NCBI GenBank assembly: GCA_963676835.2
Contig: CAXXFF010000004.1
Coordinates: 416,001-480,000, forward strand
DNA: 64,000 bases
Direction: 5' to 3'
Source: Marispirochaeta sp.
Lineage (GTDB): Bacteria; Spirochaetota; Spirochaetia; JC444; Marispirochaetaceae
This document shows positions 1 through 9,808 of this stretch, in pieces. The notes beneath the pieces are model-generated. The model was not told the DNA's origin, made no database searches, and saw nothing but the letters and a program-made list of their open reading frames with translations. The stretch's first letter is position 1. Each line of letters begins with the position of its first letter. Position numbers and translations under genes: made by a program.

Positions 1-896
1 GTAAGCACCATGCCGCCGAACTGAAATCCGCTGTAGGGATTCAGAAAAGTCCGTTTTCCCTGTCCCAGATAGCGGGGATAGAAGTCCTTGCCCAGACTAT
101 AGGTAACAATGTCATTGGCCTGACTTGTAATCGAGGCATCACGGCCGGAAACAGGCTTAAGTATACCGACTGTAAAGAAGGATTTACCCAAGGTAAAAAG
201 GTAGCGCAGCGCTCCACCGGCGTAAACTTCAGCGCTCTGACCGGATTCCGGATTTTCTATAACATAAAGAAAGGATTCCACCCCGGGCATATTGATAAAC
301 TCGGGAAACATCTCATCGTCGTCGAGGTACTGCACGGTTTTCTCCGACACCGTAAGCCTCAGTTCAGAGAAGGCAACTTCTTTCTCAAGCGCCAGAGCAA
401 GCTTGCCGCTGGCGTAGATCTGATCCTCTATGGCGCGAAGTTCCTTCCAGAGATGCTGATACTGCTCCGGGAATTTCTCTGCATCTACAGCATCAAGCTC
501 CGCCTGATAAACATTCTGCCGGGCAAGAAGAAACTCCTGTTCATAGCGGGCGGCTTCAAGTTTATCCGTATTGTTGCTGGTCTCTATGTTCTTTGCCTGG
601 GTAATACCCAGCTTTTCGAAAGCCTCCAGCACCGGTTCAAGAGAGCTGTCGCGCTGCAGCAGGGTATAGGTACTCCTGCGGCTTTGCTTGTCGATATCCA
701 TGGAGTCAATTTCAAGTCCGAACTGCTGAATAAGGGCTGCAGCACTTTTATCTGCATCCTCAATATTGTTGACCACAACCAACAGAGAGGCCTTGCGGCT
801 GAAACTGTCATATCCCACTGAACCAGAAGCGGCCTGCGCATAAAGAACTGCTCCGCAGATACAGATAAAAAGCACAACAGGCAAGAATTTCTTCAT
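1..896 (-). CDS. Exported protein, DUF4349-like N-terminal region; runs off the left window edge
   Basis: Not in the ORF track. Manual translation from ATG at 896 (SD AAAGGAG upstream) gives MKKFLPVVLFICICGAVLYAQ..., a signal peptide followed by a coiled-coil segment, open to position 1. Confidence 0.7.
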   Translation of the reverse strand, partial: MKKFLPVVLFICICGAVLYAQAASGSVGYDSFSRKASLLVVVNNIEDADKSAAALIQQFGLEIDSMDIDKQSRRSTYTLLQRDSSLEPVLEAFEKLGITQAKNIETSNNTDKLEAARYEQEFLLARQNVYQAELDAVDAEKFPEQYQHLWKELRAIEDQIYASGKLALALEKEVAFSELRLTVSEKTVQYLDDDEMFPEFINMPGVESFLYVIENPESGQSAEVYAGGALRYLFTLGKSFFTVGILKPVSGRDASITSQANDIVTYSLGKDFYPRYLGQGKRTFLNPYSGFQFGGMVL

Positions 897-940
897 ACAT
901 TTTCTCCTTTATTATCAGCTCCCCTCAATGCTGCAGAAGA

Positions 941-1783
941 CTACAGAAGAGAGACAAAACGCTCAATTGTTTTCGGTGCGGACCCTTCGTAATGGTTGTT
1001 GATATTAACCGTAACCTTTATATCCCTGCGGATAAGGTCACCCACCATAAGGGCAATATCCTCAAGACCAGCTTTCGGTTCAACAACCCGATCCCAGCGG
1101 TTTCCCGCCGCAGCTTCAATCTCTTTTCGGTCTCCACCTAAAAGACGCAGACAGGACTGCTGAGCTATGAGATTAGCAAATCTTTTATAGACTTCATATA
1201 CAGGGGGCATGTAAATTTTCTCCGAGAAAACATGAGCAACTCCTTTTTCCATGAGAAAAGAAAAATACTCCCTGTTCAGATAATTGCTGTTGCGGATCTC
1301 TACTCCGAGAGGGACCGGCGGGTTCCCAAGAGCCGTCAGAAATGCATCCATTTTTTCCAGGAACTGCCCCTGAGAAGCCATCTTCTGCCGGTTAAGATAT
1401 TCGAATTCCAGAATTATCATATCCATCTGAGGTAACAGCGGAGAACAGCCGTCAATATACTGGTGAAAAAGTACGGGGGAGAGAAACTCAGGGTTATCTG
1501 CTGCTTTCTGCCCCCGGGGACCGTTAAGCAGGGGCCGGGTTATGCGGCTGGTCAGCTTGGCGGTGAAGCGGAAATCTCCATCCACAGCCTCCCGGTATGA
1601 TGCGGCTTCATCGACTGTGGGGATTTTATAAAACCAGCTGTCGATCTCGGCCGTACGAAACCGGGATGCATACTCGGGCAGATAATCAACCGCCCTGCTC
1701 TGTTTCGAAGAGTACACAAGCCCCTTCCAGGAGTCATAATTCCATGAACAGCTACCGATTCTGAGAAGGTTTCCATCCGACAT
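941..1783 (-). CDS. DUF72 (YecE-like) family protein
   Basis: IGSCSWNYDSWKG, EIDSWFYKIP, FRFTAK and NNHYEGSAP motifs. Confidence 0.85.
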   Translation of the reverse strand: MSDGNLLRIGSCSWNYDSWKGLVYSSKQSRAVDYLPEYASRFRTAEIDSWFYKIPTVDEAASYREAVDGDFRFTAKLTSRITRPLLNGPRGQKAADNPEFLSPVLFHQYIDGCSPLLPQMDMIILEFEYLNRQKMASQGQFLEKMDAFLTALGNPPVPLGVEIRNSNYLNREYFSFLMEKGVAHVFSEKIYMPPVYEVYKRFANLIAQQSCLRLLGGDRKEIEAAAGNRWDRVVEPKAGLEDIALMVGDLIRRDIKVTVNINNHYEGSAPKTIERFVSLL

Positions 1784-1838
1784 GGCTTAAATATACAAAG
1801 GGAACGTCTATAAACGTTCTATTTTTAGAGGTGACCTG

Positions 1839-1871
1839 AAAAAACCCTCCCGTGAAAAGAGAGGGAGGGTT
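1839..1871 (-). terminator. Rho-independent terminator after satP
   Basis: AACCCTCCC/GGGAGGGTT stem followed by a T-run on the minus strand. Confidence 0.75.
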
Positions 1872-1896
1872 CTGGAAAGAATCCGTAGACCTGGAT

Positions 1897-2457
1897 TTAC
1901 AGGGGCAGTACAGTTTTTCCGTATTCGTTATTAAGGGTCTGAGCCATGGCTCCGTAGATAGCGGAAAGACCGCAGAAAATTCCCTCAACACCGGCAACCT
2001 TGCCGAGGACAATCCCGAAGGTGCTTTCACCGGCAAACTTGTGAATGGCCAGCATGGCAAAAAGCAGCGTCAGGGAGCCGAAGATAATCCGGGTAGTCAT
2101 ATTGTGCTTCAGGGTTCCGATGAACATGTACAGGGTAAACAGTCCCCAGAGAGACAGATAGAAGCCCATGGCACTGGCGGGTGCACCACCAATTACAAAA
2201 ATTGCCACCAGGGTAAGCCAGAAGGCACCGTAGGAAGTAAAGGCAAGCCCACCGAAGGCATTTCCCTTCTTGTACTCGATAACCCCTGCAATCATCTGGG
2301 AAAGTCCGCCGTAGAAAACACCCATGGCAAGGATAACAATATTTACTTCAAAAAGACCCGCATTGTGCAGGTTCAAAAGAACAGTGGTCATTCCAAAGCC
2401 CATCAGCCCCAGGGGTGCGGGATTGGCGTAACCGCTTTTGTCGATTTCGTTACTCAT
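1897..2457 (-). CDS. satP: Acetate/succinate uptake channel, GPR1/FUN34/YaaH family
   Basis: ANPAPLGLMGFG signature, SYGAFW motif, six hydrophobic segments. Confidence 0.92.
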   Translation of the reverse strand: MSNEIDKSGYANPAPLGLMGFGMTTVLLNLHNAGLFEVNIVILAMGVFYGGLSQMIAGVIEYKKGNAFGGLAFTSYGAFWLTLVAIFVIGGAPASAMGFYLSLWGLFTLYMFIGTLKHNMTTRIIFGSLTLLFAMLAIHKFAGESTFGIVLGKVAGVEGIFCGLSAIYGAMAQTLNNEYGKTVLPL

Positions 2458-2515
2458 AATTTATTCCTCCGAGGTGAACTGTATAAACATATACCGCTGA
2501 TCTGTCAAGAAAGCC

Positions 2516-5500
2516 TTAAGGGCTTACACTTGCAATACGCCTGCGGATGGAACTGCTTACCGGGTCGAGCTCAAGAGCAGATTCATAGGTATCCCGGGCG
2601 AGAGCATCCCTCTTCAATTCTCTATACAGATCACCCAGGGCAATATACCCCTGGGTAAATTTCGGATCAAGAGAGAGGGCAGACCTGAAAAGCTCTTCAG
2701 CATGATCGTACTCTTCCATTTTTCGCAAGGCCCGGCCATACCAGACATAGGCCCAGGGATAATCAGGCATGGTTTCCAGACTGCGGGCAAAGGGCTCTCC
2801 GGCTTTTTCGTACTCTTTGTTCCGGTAGTAGGCCTTCCCCAGATCCATCCAGGCAGACCCATACTCCGGACGCGCCTTAACCACCTGCTCTAACAGTTCC
2901 GCAGACTCGGGGAATTTCTGAAGGTCGTAGAACATCTCAGCCAGATCCCTCTGCGCGGCAAGCGCCTCCTGCTGATTTGCGATAACAGTGCGGTAGATGC
3001 TCTCGGCATCATCAAAGCGTTCCAGCTTCTGCAGAACCCCCGCAAGATCCAGTGAAATATCCGGATCATCAGGTTGATAACCGGCCGCCTGGCGAAGATA
3101 TTTTTCGGCCTCATCCCATTCATCACCATCAGCATAGATCTTCCCGAGGCTGGAAAGCACATCAGCATTCCCGGGAAATTTCAGGACTGCTTCATGAAGG
3201 ATTTCCAGAGCGTCCTCCCTGCGGCCCTGACTGTACATCAAGGCTGCCAGCTGACTGGGCCATACCGGATTATTCGGATCATCCTCAATACGCTGCAGAT
3301 AAATTTCATCCGATTCATCCAGCATGGCAAGCTCGTCTTCCATCAAACGGCCAATCCCCGGATCGATATTCAGAGCCATGGAATAACTCTCTTCCGCCCG
3401 GGCATAATTACCAAGTGCCTGATAGACTTTACCGGTGTTGTACCAGATAAACTCATTATCCTGAATCGATTCCAGTGCGGCATTCATATAATCCAGGGCT
3501 TCCGGATAACGGCCAAGAACATAGAGCTCTTTTCCGGCAAGGTAACGCAGATAAGGATCAGGATCCTCATCTGCACTGTAAGCCCGGGTAAAAGCATTCA
3601 ATGCTTCAAAGTGCCGGTCAAGATCGGAGAGAAGGGAACCAAGCTCTTTCCAGCCCTTTCCATAGGCCGGATTCAGCGAAACTGCTATTTCGTACTGCTC
3701 GACGGCGGGTGAAAAATCCCCAAGCTTCTCATACTGAAGAGCCAGGTTGAAATGCAGCTCTTCCGCATCCGGATTAATCTCTACAGCTTCTAGAAGAAGA
3801 TCCCTCGCCTCCTCTACCCTGTTCCTGGATGACAACAGTGCCGAGAGGTTCATCCAGTAGACATGCTGTTCCGGCTCAAGAGCGAGGGCCCGGCGGTATG
3901 CCTTCTCCGCCTCATCGGGGTTGCCAAGATTACGCTGCAGCAGGGCAAGATTAAACCATGCGGTGGTATACTCCGGATTAAGCTTGAGCACAAGAAGGTA
4001 TTCCTCAAGGGCCGACGGTTCATCTCCCAGCTTGCGGTACTGTACAGCCAGATTAAGCCTGGACTTGATATCTTCCGGATTCAAAGCAAGGGCCTGATGA
4101 TAGGCATCAACGGAAGCATTCAGATTTCCCCTTAAGCCCTCGGTAACCCCCAGATTATACCAGGCTTCCTGGTAGCCGTCGTTAATTTCAAGAGCTTTTG
4201 CAAAGGCGGCCTCCGCCGCATCATACTCCTCCATGGAGAGGCGGGTAACGCCGAGGTTATACCAGGCACGGTCATACCAGGGTGCTGCCGCAATGGCTGT
4301 TTCGTAGGCTTCCACCGCTTCGGGAAGCTTTTCCTGAGAGGAAAATACCAGCCCGAGATTGTTCATAGCCTCCACAAAGGGATGCTCCGAACTCTCCCAT
4401 GCCTGCCGGAACATCTCCTCCGCCGCAGCATTTTTATTCTGTTGAAAATAGATCCGGCCCCGCTGAAAAAGAACGTTGGCGTACTGGGGGTCTGATTCAG
4501 CAATAAGATCAAGCTGCCCGAGGGCCGTCCTCTGCTCACCGAGATCAATGTAGATTTTCGCAAGCTCAAGCCTGAGAGTTCCGGAATCCGGAAAAAGAGG
4601 CAGCGCATCCGAAAGAACAACCACAGCCTGATCCCTGTCGCCTTCCTTAAGCTCCAGTTCCGCAAGGCCCAGATAGACTTCAGGAACATTACTGTCCAGG
4701 CGCAGAACTTCTCCGTACACTGCTCTGGCCTCATCCGATCTTCCCAGGTTCTGTCCAAGGAGTTCCGCCAGGGCAAGTCTGGCACTGACAGCGGCAGGTT
4801 CCAGAAGAATGGATTCATTCAATACACCCTGCGCCTCTTCAAAACGGCCTGCAGCCATCAGACTCTTTCCGAGCACCCTGTAGGCAGCTGCTTTCTTAAT
4901 CCCCCCTGCATACCCGACTGCCCTGCGCAGATAGGTTTCCGCTTCACTCTGCCTGCCGGTGTTGAAAAAAAGAACACCGAGATTATAGGCTGCTTCAAAA
5001 TAGTTCGGCCTGAGGGCAAGAGCTTTCTGATACGCCCCCAGTGCATCCAGTGTTCTCCCTGCGGCGCTTGTCATAATCCCGAGATAGAGATAATAACGGG
5101 CGGTTTGCCTGCGGTCCTCCGCCATGGACTCAAGCAGGTCCAGCGCCGAAGCTGGTCCGTCCTTTTTCATCAGCAGAAATACATCAAAAAACGCAGCATC
5201 TGCCGATGCGGCTTCTTCCGGGTGAAGAACCTTCCAGGCAGTCCACTCTTTCTCAATCTGTTGCGGATCCTCCAGAGACAGTCTTTCCTGAAAATCCGTA
5301 ACATCCCGCACTGCAGATTCTCCGGCAAAAACCTCCTGCCGGATATTGTTCCTGTTCACCCCGCCGAAATCACGGGCCTGGGTATTGATGGAAACCATTA
5401 GAGGTTCAGATTTTATCCGGTGAGCGGCATATTCAAAATGGCCAAGCCCCAGAAGCAGAAGCGAAACTGCGGAGAGAATTTTTACCGGTGAACGCTGCCA

Positions 5501-5524
5501 GAGCAGCCGGGCGGTGCTGTTCAT
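2516..5524 (-). CDS. Large TPR-repeat protein with N-terminal membrane anchor/signal
   Basis: Roughly 20 or more TPR units (AWYNLG, A..AY..AL.L.P). Hydrophobic N-terminus. ATGA overlap with the upstream gene. Confidence 0.9.
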   Translation of the reverse strand: MNSTARLLWQRSPVKILSAVSLLLLGLGHFEYAAHRIKSEPLMVSINTQARDFGGVNRNNIRQEVFAGESAVRDVTDFQERLSLEDPQQIEKEWTAWKVLHPEEAASADAAFFDVFLLMKKDGPASALDLLESMAEDRRQTARYYLYLGIMTSAAGRTLDALGAYQKALALRPNYFEAAYNLGVLFFNTGRQSEAETYLRRAVGYAGGIKKAAAYRVLGKSLMAAGRFEEAQGVLNESILLEPAAVSARLALAELLGQNLGRSDEARAVYGEVLRLDSNVPEVYLGLAELELKEGDRDQAVVVLSDALPLFPDSGTLRLELAKIYIDLGEQRTALGQLDLIAESDPQYANVLFQRGRIYFQQNKNAAAEEMFRQAWESSEHPFVEAMNNLGLVFSSQEKLPEAVEAYETAIAAAPWYDRAWYNLGVTRLSMEEYDAAEAAFAKALEINDGYQEAWYNLGVTEGLRGNLNASVDAYHQALALNPEDIKSRLNLAVQYRKLGDEPSALEEYLLVLKLNPEYTTAWFNLALLQRNLGNPDEAEKAYRRALALEPEQHVYWMNLSALLSSRNRVEEARDLLLEAVEINPDAEELHFNLALQYEKLGDFSPAVEQYEIAVSLNPAYGKGWKELGSLLSDLDRHFEALNAFTRAYSADEDPDPYLRYLAGKELYVLGRYPEALDYMNAALESIQDNEFIWYNTGKVYQALGNYARAEESYSMALNIDPGIGRLMEDELAMLDESDEIYLQRIEDDPNNPVWPSQLAALMYSQGRREDALEILHEAVLKFPGNADVLSSLGKIYADGDEWDEAEKYLRQAAGYQPDDPDISLDLAGVLQKLERFDDAESIYRTVIANQQEALAAQRDLAEMFYDLQKFPESAELLEQVVKARPEYGSAWMDLGKAYYRNKEYEKAGEPFARSLETMPDYPWAYVWYGRALRKMEEYDHAEELFRSALSLDPKFTQGYIALGDLYRELKRDALARDTYESALELDPVSSSIRRRIASVSP

Positions 5525-6387
5525 AGAGCATCCTCCAGAACTGTTCTCAGGCCTGTACCGTTTACCACCTGGATTTCCAGCCCCGGGCGGGCATTGAGTT
5601 CGAGAACAAGGGGACCCCGTTCAGCATCAATAACAATATCAACACCTACATAGCCTAAGTTTACACAGGAGGCAGCCTTTACGGCTGTTTCCAACACATC
5701 CGGCCACAGGGGAAGCACCCTGCCGCGAAACTCAACCTGCGAATCCGGGTGGAGAGATATGGATTCTCCTTTAAGGGATCCAGCGGAAAGCATCCCGTCT
5801 GCCAGGGAAACAGCAATACCGACAGCCCCCTGATGCAGATTCGCCTTCCCGTCGGACCGGCTGGTGGGTACCCGTAGCATGGCCATCACCGGTTCGCCTT
5901 TCAGAACAATAATACGCAGATCCGCAACCCCCCGGTCGTAGATGGTATGGAAAAAATCATGCGGAATGATCCGCTCCTCAACCAGAGCTTTATCAGTGGG
6001 ATTACCGAAGGAGAAAACACCGAAAAGAATATCACCAATATGCTTCAGAATAGCATCCCGGCCCATAATCCTGCCCGAAGGGGTTGAGAAGCTGCCTTCC
6101 CCCATATTCTGCAGCACCAGAATGCCGCCGCCGCCTTTACCCATGGTTGGTTTGATAACGATATTCTCAAGCTGAATCAACTGTTCCCAGACTGCGTCAA
6201 TCTCCACATAGGAATCGATGACTGCATGGGTACGCGGCACAGGAACAGAGGAATCCTCAAGCAGAGTCTTCGTCTGAAGTTTATCGTCTGCCTGGGGAAA
6301 ATACTTTCTCCGGTTCAGGGGCTGAATTATCTCAAGGTTGCGATGGTTTATGCCCATGAGGCCCGCAAGACTCTCCGGATGAATCAT
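5521..6387 (-). CDS. RimK-related alpha-L-glutamate ligase-like ATP-grasp protein (ATPgrasp_ST type)
   Basis: GINHRN, ADDKL, VIKP..GKGGGGI, DLRII, SDGKANLHQGA, GVDIV and LELNARPGL motifs. Confidence 0.9.
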   Translation of the reverse strand: MIHPESLAGLMGINHRNLEIIQPLNRRKYFPQADDKLQTKTLLEDSSVPVPRTHAVIDSYVEIDAVWEQLIQLENIVIKPTMGKGGGGILVLQNMGEGSFSTPSGRIMGRDAILKHIGDILFGVFSFGNPTDKALVEERIIPHDFFHTIYDRGVADLRIIVLKGEPVMAMLRVPTSRSDGKANLHQGAVGIAVSLADGMLSAGSLKGESISLHPDSQVEFRGRVLPLWPDVLETAVKAASCVNLGYVGVDIVIDAERGPLVLELNARPGLEIQVVNGTGLRTVLEDAL

Positions 6388-8006
6388 GGTGCGCTCCTTC
6401 TGAAAATAAGCCCTCTGAAGCGGTAGAACTCGAGAAGCCGTATGCCTATCCAGCTGCCGATCCAGAGGTCCATGGCAATCACGCCGAGCAGCAGTTCCGG
6501 AAAGGCGAGAACAAGAGAACGGAGGGCAACAGAGCTCATTACCAGATAGCAGGCGATGATCACCACAAGAGTCTGGAGCATGGTGGTTAACATTTTCCCC
6601 ATACCTTCTTCACTTATAGTCAAAGCGATCCGCTCCGAAGTCAGAGTCAGTATGGCCACCGGAAACAGGGTGGTCGAGTTCAGCGCCGTCAGCCCTTCCA
6701 GTTCCCACAGCCGGGCGAGAAAAGAGACCAGAATAAGGCTGAAGATAACTCCGATCATCATGATCGCCAGCTTGGGGGTATGCAGAAGCCCCAGCTTATC
6801 CAGTGGGTAGCGCATAATAACTGTAAGACCGAGAACAAGAAGGAAGGCAAGCATGCCCTGGACTATCCCCGTCTCCTGGACAGCCATGGCCATTAATGCC
6901 GGCAGAAAAGTACCGAAAGTCCGCAATCCTATAACATTTTTAAACAGAACCACAAACAGCACACCAAAGGGTATCACCAGCAGAAACTGCAGGATTCGCA
7001 GCGAAACACCCTGATCAACAAGCCCCTTTACCAGCTGATACAGGTTCCAGGAACGGCTGTCGAGAAAACCTGCCAGACGCACATTGGTAACATCACTGAC
7101 GGAAATGGTAAAAAGATAGTCAAACCCGATATTTCTGGAATGGCTGAACAGGGCCTCGTCACCCCGGTAGAGAGCAAGGTAATTTTCCGGAAGTTCTGCA
7201 AAATGATGATTCAGGGTATCGAATGGCACCCAGTACCCGCCGATATACACTTCTGCCCACTGGTGACTTGTCCGTTTGGTCCCGGTGGTCATAATCAAGC
7301 CCCCCACAAGACGGGAAGGAATGCCGAGCTGACGCATCATGGCCACAAAGAGCCTGCTTTTGCCGTTGCAGCTGGCTTCTCCCAGCTTCATTGCCGTCAG
7401 GGCATCGGTGGTACCCTTGAAAGGTCTGGATCCAAGATCATCAACATATTCAAAAATATGCCCTATAACCGTCAGCAGGTTGTCGGAATTGCCTGCAAGT
7501 TCCCTCACCTTCTCTACGATCAGGGGATCATTCACCTGTATGACTTCCGTGGGAATAAGGAAATCGCGGAACTGTTCCGGATAGGAATCGAGGAGCTTCA
7601 AGTCGGGAGAAACAGCGTACTCAACCGCACGGGATCTGACAGAATAACTCACATTAATGGAATAGGGACCTTCCGCCTGAAAACGGGTCCAGTCGCCCCG
7701 GGAGAAGAGCCCGGTGTTTTCCCGGGAAAAGTTCAGATCAGGAGCTTCCAGAAGTTCCTCACTGATGGTCTGCCTGTCCGTGTCCGCCGGAAGAAAGGTA
7801 CGGACAACCACATCATCTCCGTTTCCGGAAAAACTCATCCGCAGCCGTACATGATAGCTGCTCTGAGGAACCAGCGATTCAAATGAATAATTCCAGACAA
7901 ACAGCTTCAATGCCATAAGGGTCAGCATGGCAAGAACAAGGAGAACCATTATTCCCCGGATAACCAGATGCCTGGAGATGGTTTTCACAGCACTCAGTCC
8001 TCCCAC
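6384..8006 (-). CDS. Transglutaminase-like domain fused to a 7TM (7TM_transglut) domain
   Basis: ASCNGKS..LGIPSRLVGG..SHQWAEV..WVPFDT transglutaminase core. C-terminal hydrophobic block with GLRTFGTFLP, LFPVAILT..SER and FPELLL. Confidence 0.85.
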   Translation of the reverse strand: MGGLSAVKTISRHLVIRGIMVLLVLAMLTLMALKLFVWNYSFESLVPQSSYHVRLRMSFSGNGDDVVVRTFLPADTDRQTISEELLEAPDLNFSRENTGLFSRGDWTRFQAEGPYSINVSYSVRSRAVEYAVSPDLKLLDSYPEQFRDFLIPTEVIQVNDPLIVEKVRELAGNSDNLLTVIGHIFEYVDDLGSRPFKGTTDALTAMKLGEASCNGKSRLFVAMMRQLGIPSRLVGGLIMTTGTKRTSHQWAEVYIGGYWVPFDTLNHHFAELPENYLALYRGDEALFSHSRNIGFDYLFTISVSDVTNVRLAGFLDSRSWNLYQLVKGLVDQGVSLRILQFLLVIPFGVLFVVLFKNVIGLRTFGTFLPALMAMAVQETGIVQGMLAFLLVLGLTVIMRYPLDKLGLLHTPKLAIMMIGVIFSLILVSFLARLWELEGLTALNSTTLFPVAILTLTSERIALTISEEGMGKMLTTMLQTLVVIIACYLVMSSVALRSLVLAFPELLLGVIAMDLWIGSWIGIRLLEFYRFRGLIFRRSAP

Positions 8007-9808
8007 CTGAAGCCGACACTCATCCCCCAGAAGCTGTAATTGGTTGCATAGAAATCTTCATAGGTATGGTTGGAAACGGACTGCCTGTATGACAGATCAA
8101 AAAGCAGGGAAAACCGGCCCCTTGTATCAGAATCCGCCAGAATAATTAGATTATCCCAGGACGCTTCAAAACCGGTATCCTGCCGGGTTTCTCCAGTAAA
8201 TGCCTGAAGCTCATCCCTGGCGGGATAGTTGATAAAGTTGCGCAGATCAAGAATCAGACCAATGCCCGAACGTAAGGACCCCTTTTTATAAGAGGTATCA
8301 GCTTTCAGCTGATAACTCATGTAGTCAAAATAGTCCGCAACAAACTGATCTGCGGGTGTTCCCGAAACAAGATAGTCATAATTAAATGTTTTCAGGTACT
8401 CCACCCCTGCACCAAGGGAAACATCAAGGCCCGGCAGAACTTCACTGCCCAGTTCGAGGTCGAAGGCATTACTCAGATACTGCCGGGTACCGGGGTCAGT
8501 GCCTCCGGCGGCAGTATCGAAGTGAGCATCCAGGTAATACTTCCAGAACACCGTGTAATCAATCTTTAACCAGGAATCCGGTGTAAGCTGATAATAATAG
8601 TAGGGGCTGAAATTAGCCTTGGCATAATCAATAGTATTTCCGGCATTGATATAATCCGGATAGGTCACCAGGGAAATATAGGTGTCCGTTCCTATCCTGG
8701 CGAATCTGCTGATGTTCGCATCCAGCTGATGTCGGATTTTCCCTTTATAGTTTGTATCACCATCGTCCTCAGCCAGGGATAGATCTCCTTCCAGACTGAT
8801 GGACTGTTCCATATAATACTTCGATCCCCAGCGAATACCTGCAGAGGCTGAAAGGCTCTCTTCAGCCTGAATAAGCCTGGTATTACCAGTCTCGTCAGCA
8901 GGAAAATTGAATGTCTTGAAGGCAAAGGGATCATGAATATAGCGCCCGTCCCAGTCAAAATACATCAGGGGACTTATGGGTAATGAACCGGAAAGCTTCA
9001 GATCAAGTTCCCAGGAGGGAGTTGAAGCATATGAGTTGTAAGCCCCGGCCGCTGCAAATGCATAGTTAAATTTTGTCTTTCCGGCAGAAACTTCGGCAAT
9101 GTCCTGCTCCAGGGCAGCTGATTTTTCATATGACCCGGGGAAGCTGTTCTGCATTTCTGCAAGATATTCCTCTGCTTTTGCCAGCCACTCCTCAACATTT
9201 CCGGCTGTTTTTCCAAGGCCCGCCAGACGTACTGCAAACTTGACCCGGTACTCCATGAGAGTCTCAATGGTATCTTCATCCAGCTCCATGGCAAGAAGAG
9301 TATCTGCAGTATCTATACCGGCAGTCCACACGTCCTCCGCCGCAGAGCCGAAGCCGCCGGATCTGGCATGAACACCGGCAAGCAGATAACCTTTCATCAA
9401 CACCGGTATTGCACGGTTAAAATAATTATCCGGCTTAAGGGAAAAAATGAGGGGGACAGCAGCGTCGGGTATATCATCTTCCCTGTCCAGGTGATCATAC
9501 AACTTAAGCAGATCAGAAAGCGACTCGGTTCTCCTGTTGCTCGTTTCATCCTTAAGAACAGTTAGAAAAGCTGCTTCACTTTCGCCAAAAAGGTTAAGCT
9601 TCCAGTAGATTCGGCCAAGGTACCAGAGAGCATCATCAGCCTTTGCACTGAGAGCCTGCTCATCCCTGAATTGTTCCAGAGATTGGCGGGCACCATCAAA
9701 CTCGTCATTTCGGTACTGCTCCTGCCCTGTGCGGTAAAGATCATCCTGTTGGGAAAAAAGCGGCAGGGAAAATAATGCTAAAAGGATACTATATATAAAA
9801 TATCGCAT
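7994..9808 (-). CDS. Exported protein: N-terminal TPR (BamD/YbgF-like) plus probable C-terminal outer-membrane beta-barrel
   Basis: Signal peptide ending LPLFS, ADDALWYLG TPR motif, a Tyr/Phe-rich C-terminal half with alternating beta-strand pattern ending WGMSVGFRWED. Confidence 0.65.
   Translation of the reverse strand: MRYFIYSILLALFSLPLFSQQDDLYRTGQEQYRNDEFDGARQSLEQFRDEQALSAKADDALWYLGRIYWKLNLFGESEAAFLTVLKDETSNRRTESLSDLLKLYDHLDREDDIPDAAVPLIFSLKPDNYFNRAIPVLMKGYLLAGVHARSGGFGSAAEDVWTAGIDTADTLLAMELDEDTIETLMEYRVKFAVRLAGLGKTAGNVEEWLAKAEEYLAEMQNSFPGSYEKSAALEQDIAEVSAGKTKFNYAFAAAGAYNSYASTPSWELDLKLSGSLPISPLMYFDWDGRYIHDPFAFKTFNFPADETGNTRLIQAEESLSASAGIRWGSKYYMEQSISLEGDLSLAEDDGDTNYKGKIRHQLDANISRFARIGTDTYISLVTYPDYINAGNTIDYAKANFSPYYYYQLTPDSWLKIDYTVFWKYYLDAHFDTAAGGTDPGTRQYLSNAFDLELGSEVLPGLDVSLGAGVEYLKTFNYDYLVSGTPADQFVADYFDYMSYQLKADTSYKKGSLRSGIGLILDLRNFINYPARDELQAFTGETRQDTGFEASWDNLIILADSDTRGRFSLLFDLSYRQSVSNHTYEDFYATNYSFWGMSVGFRWED

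Noticed and set aside
1852..2658. 268-aa plus-strand ORF
   Set aside because: Antisense to the well-supported satP.
2516..5524. Repetitive signal as a CRISPR or DNA tandem array
   Set aside because: The repeats are degenerate protein-level TPR units; I saw no repeat-spacer array anywhere in the window.
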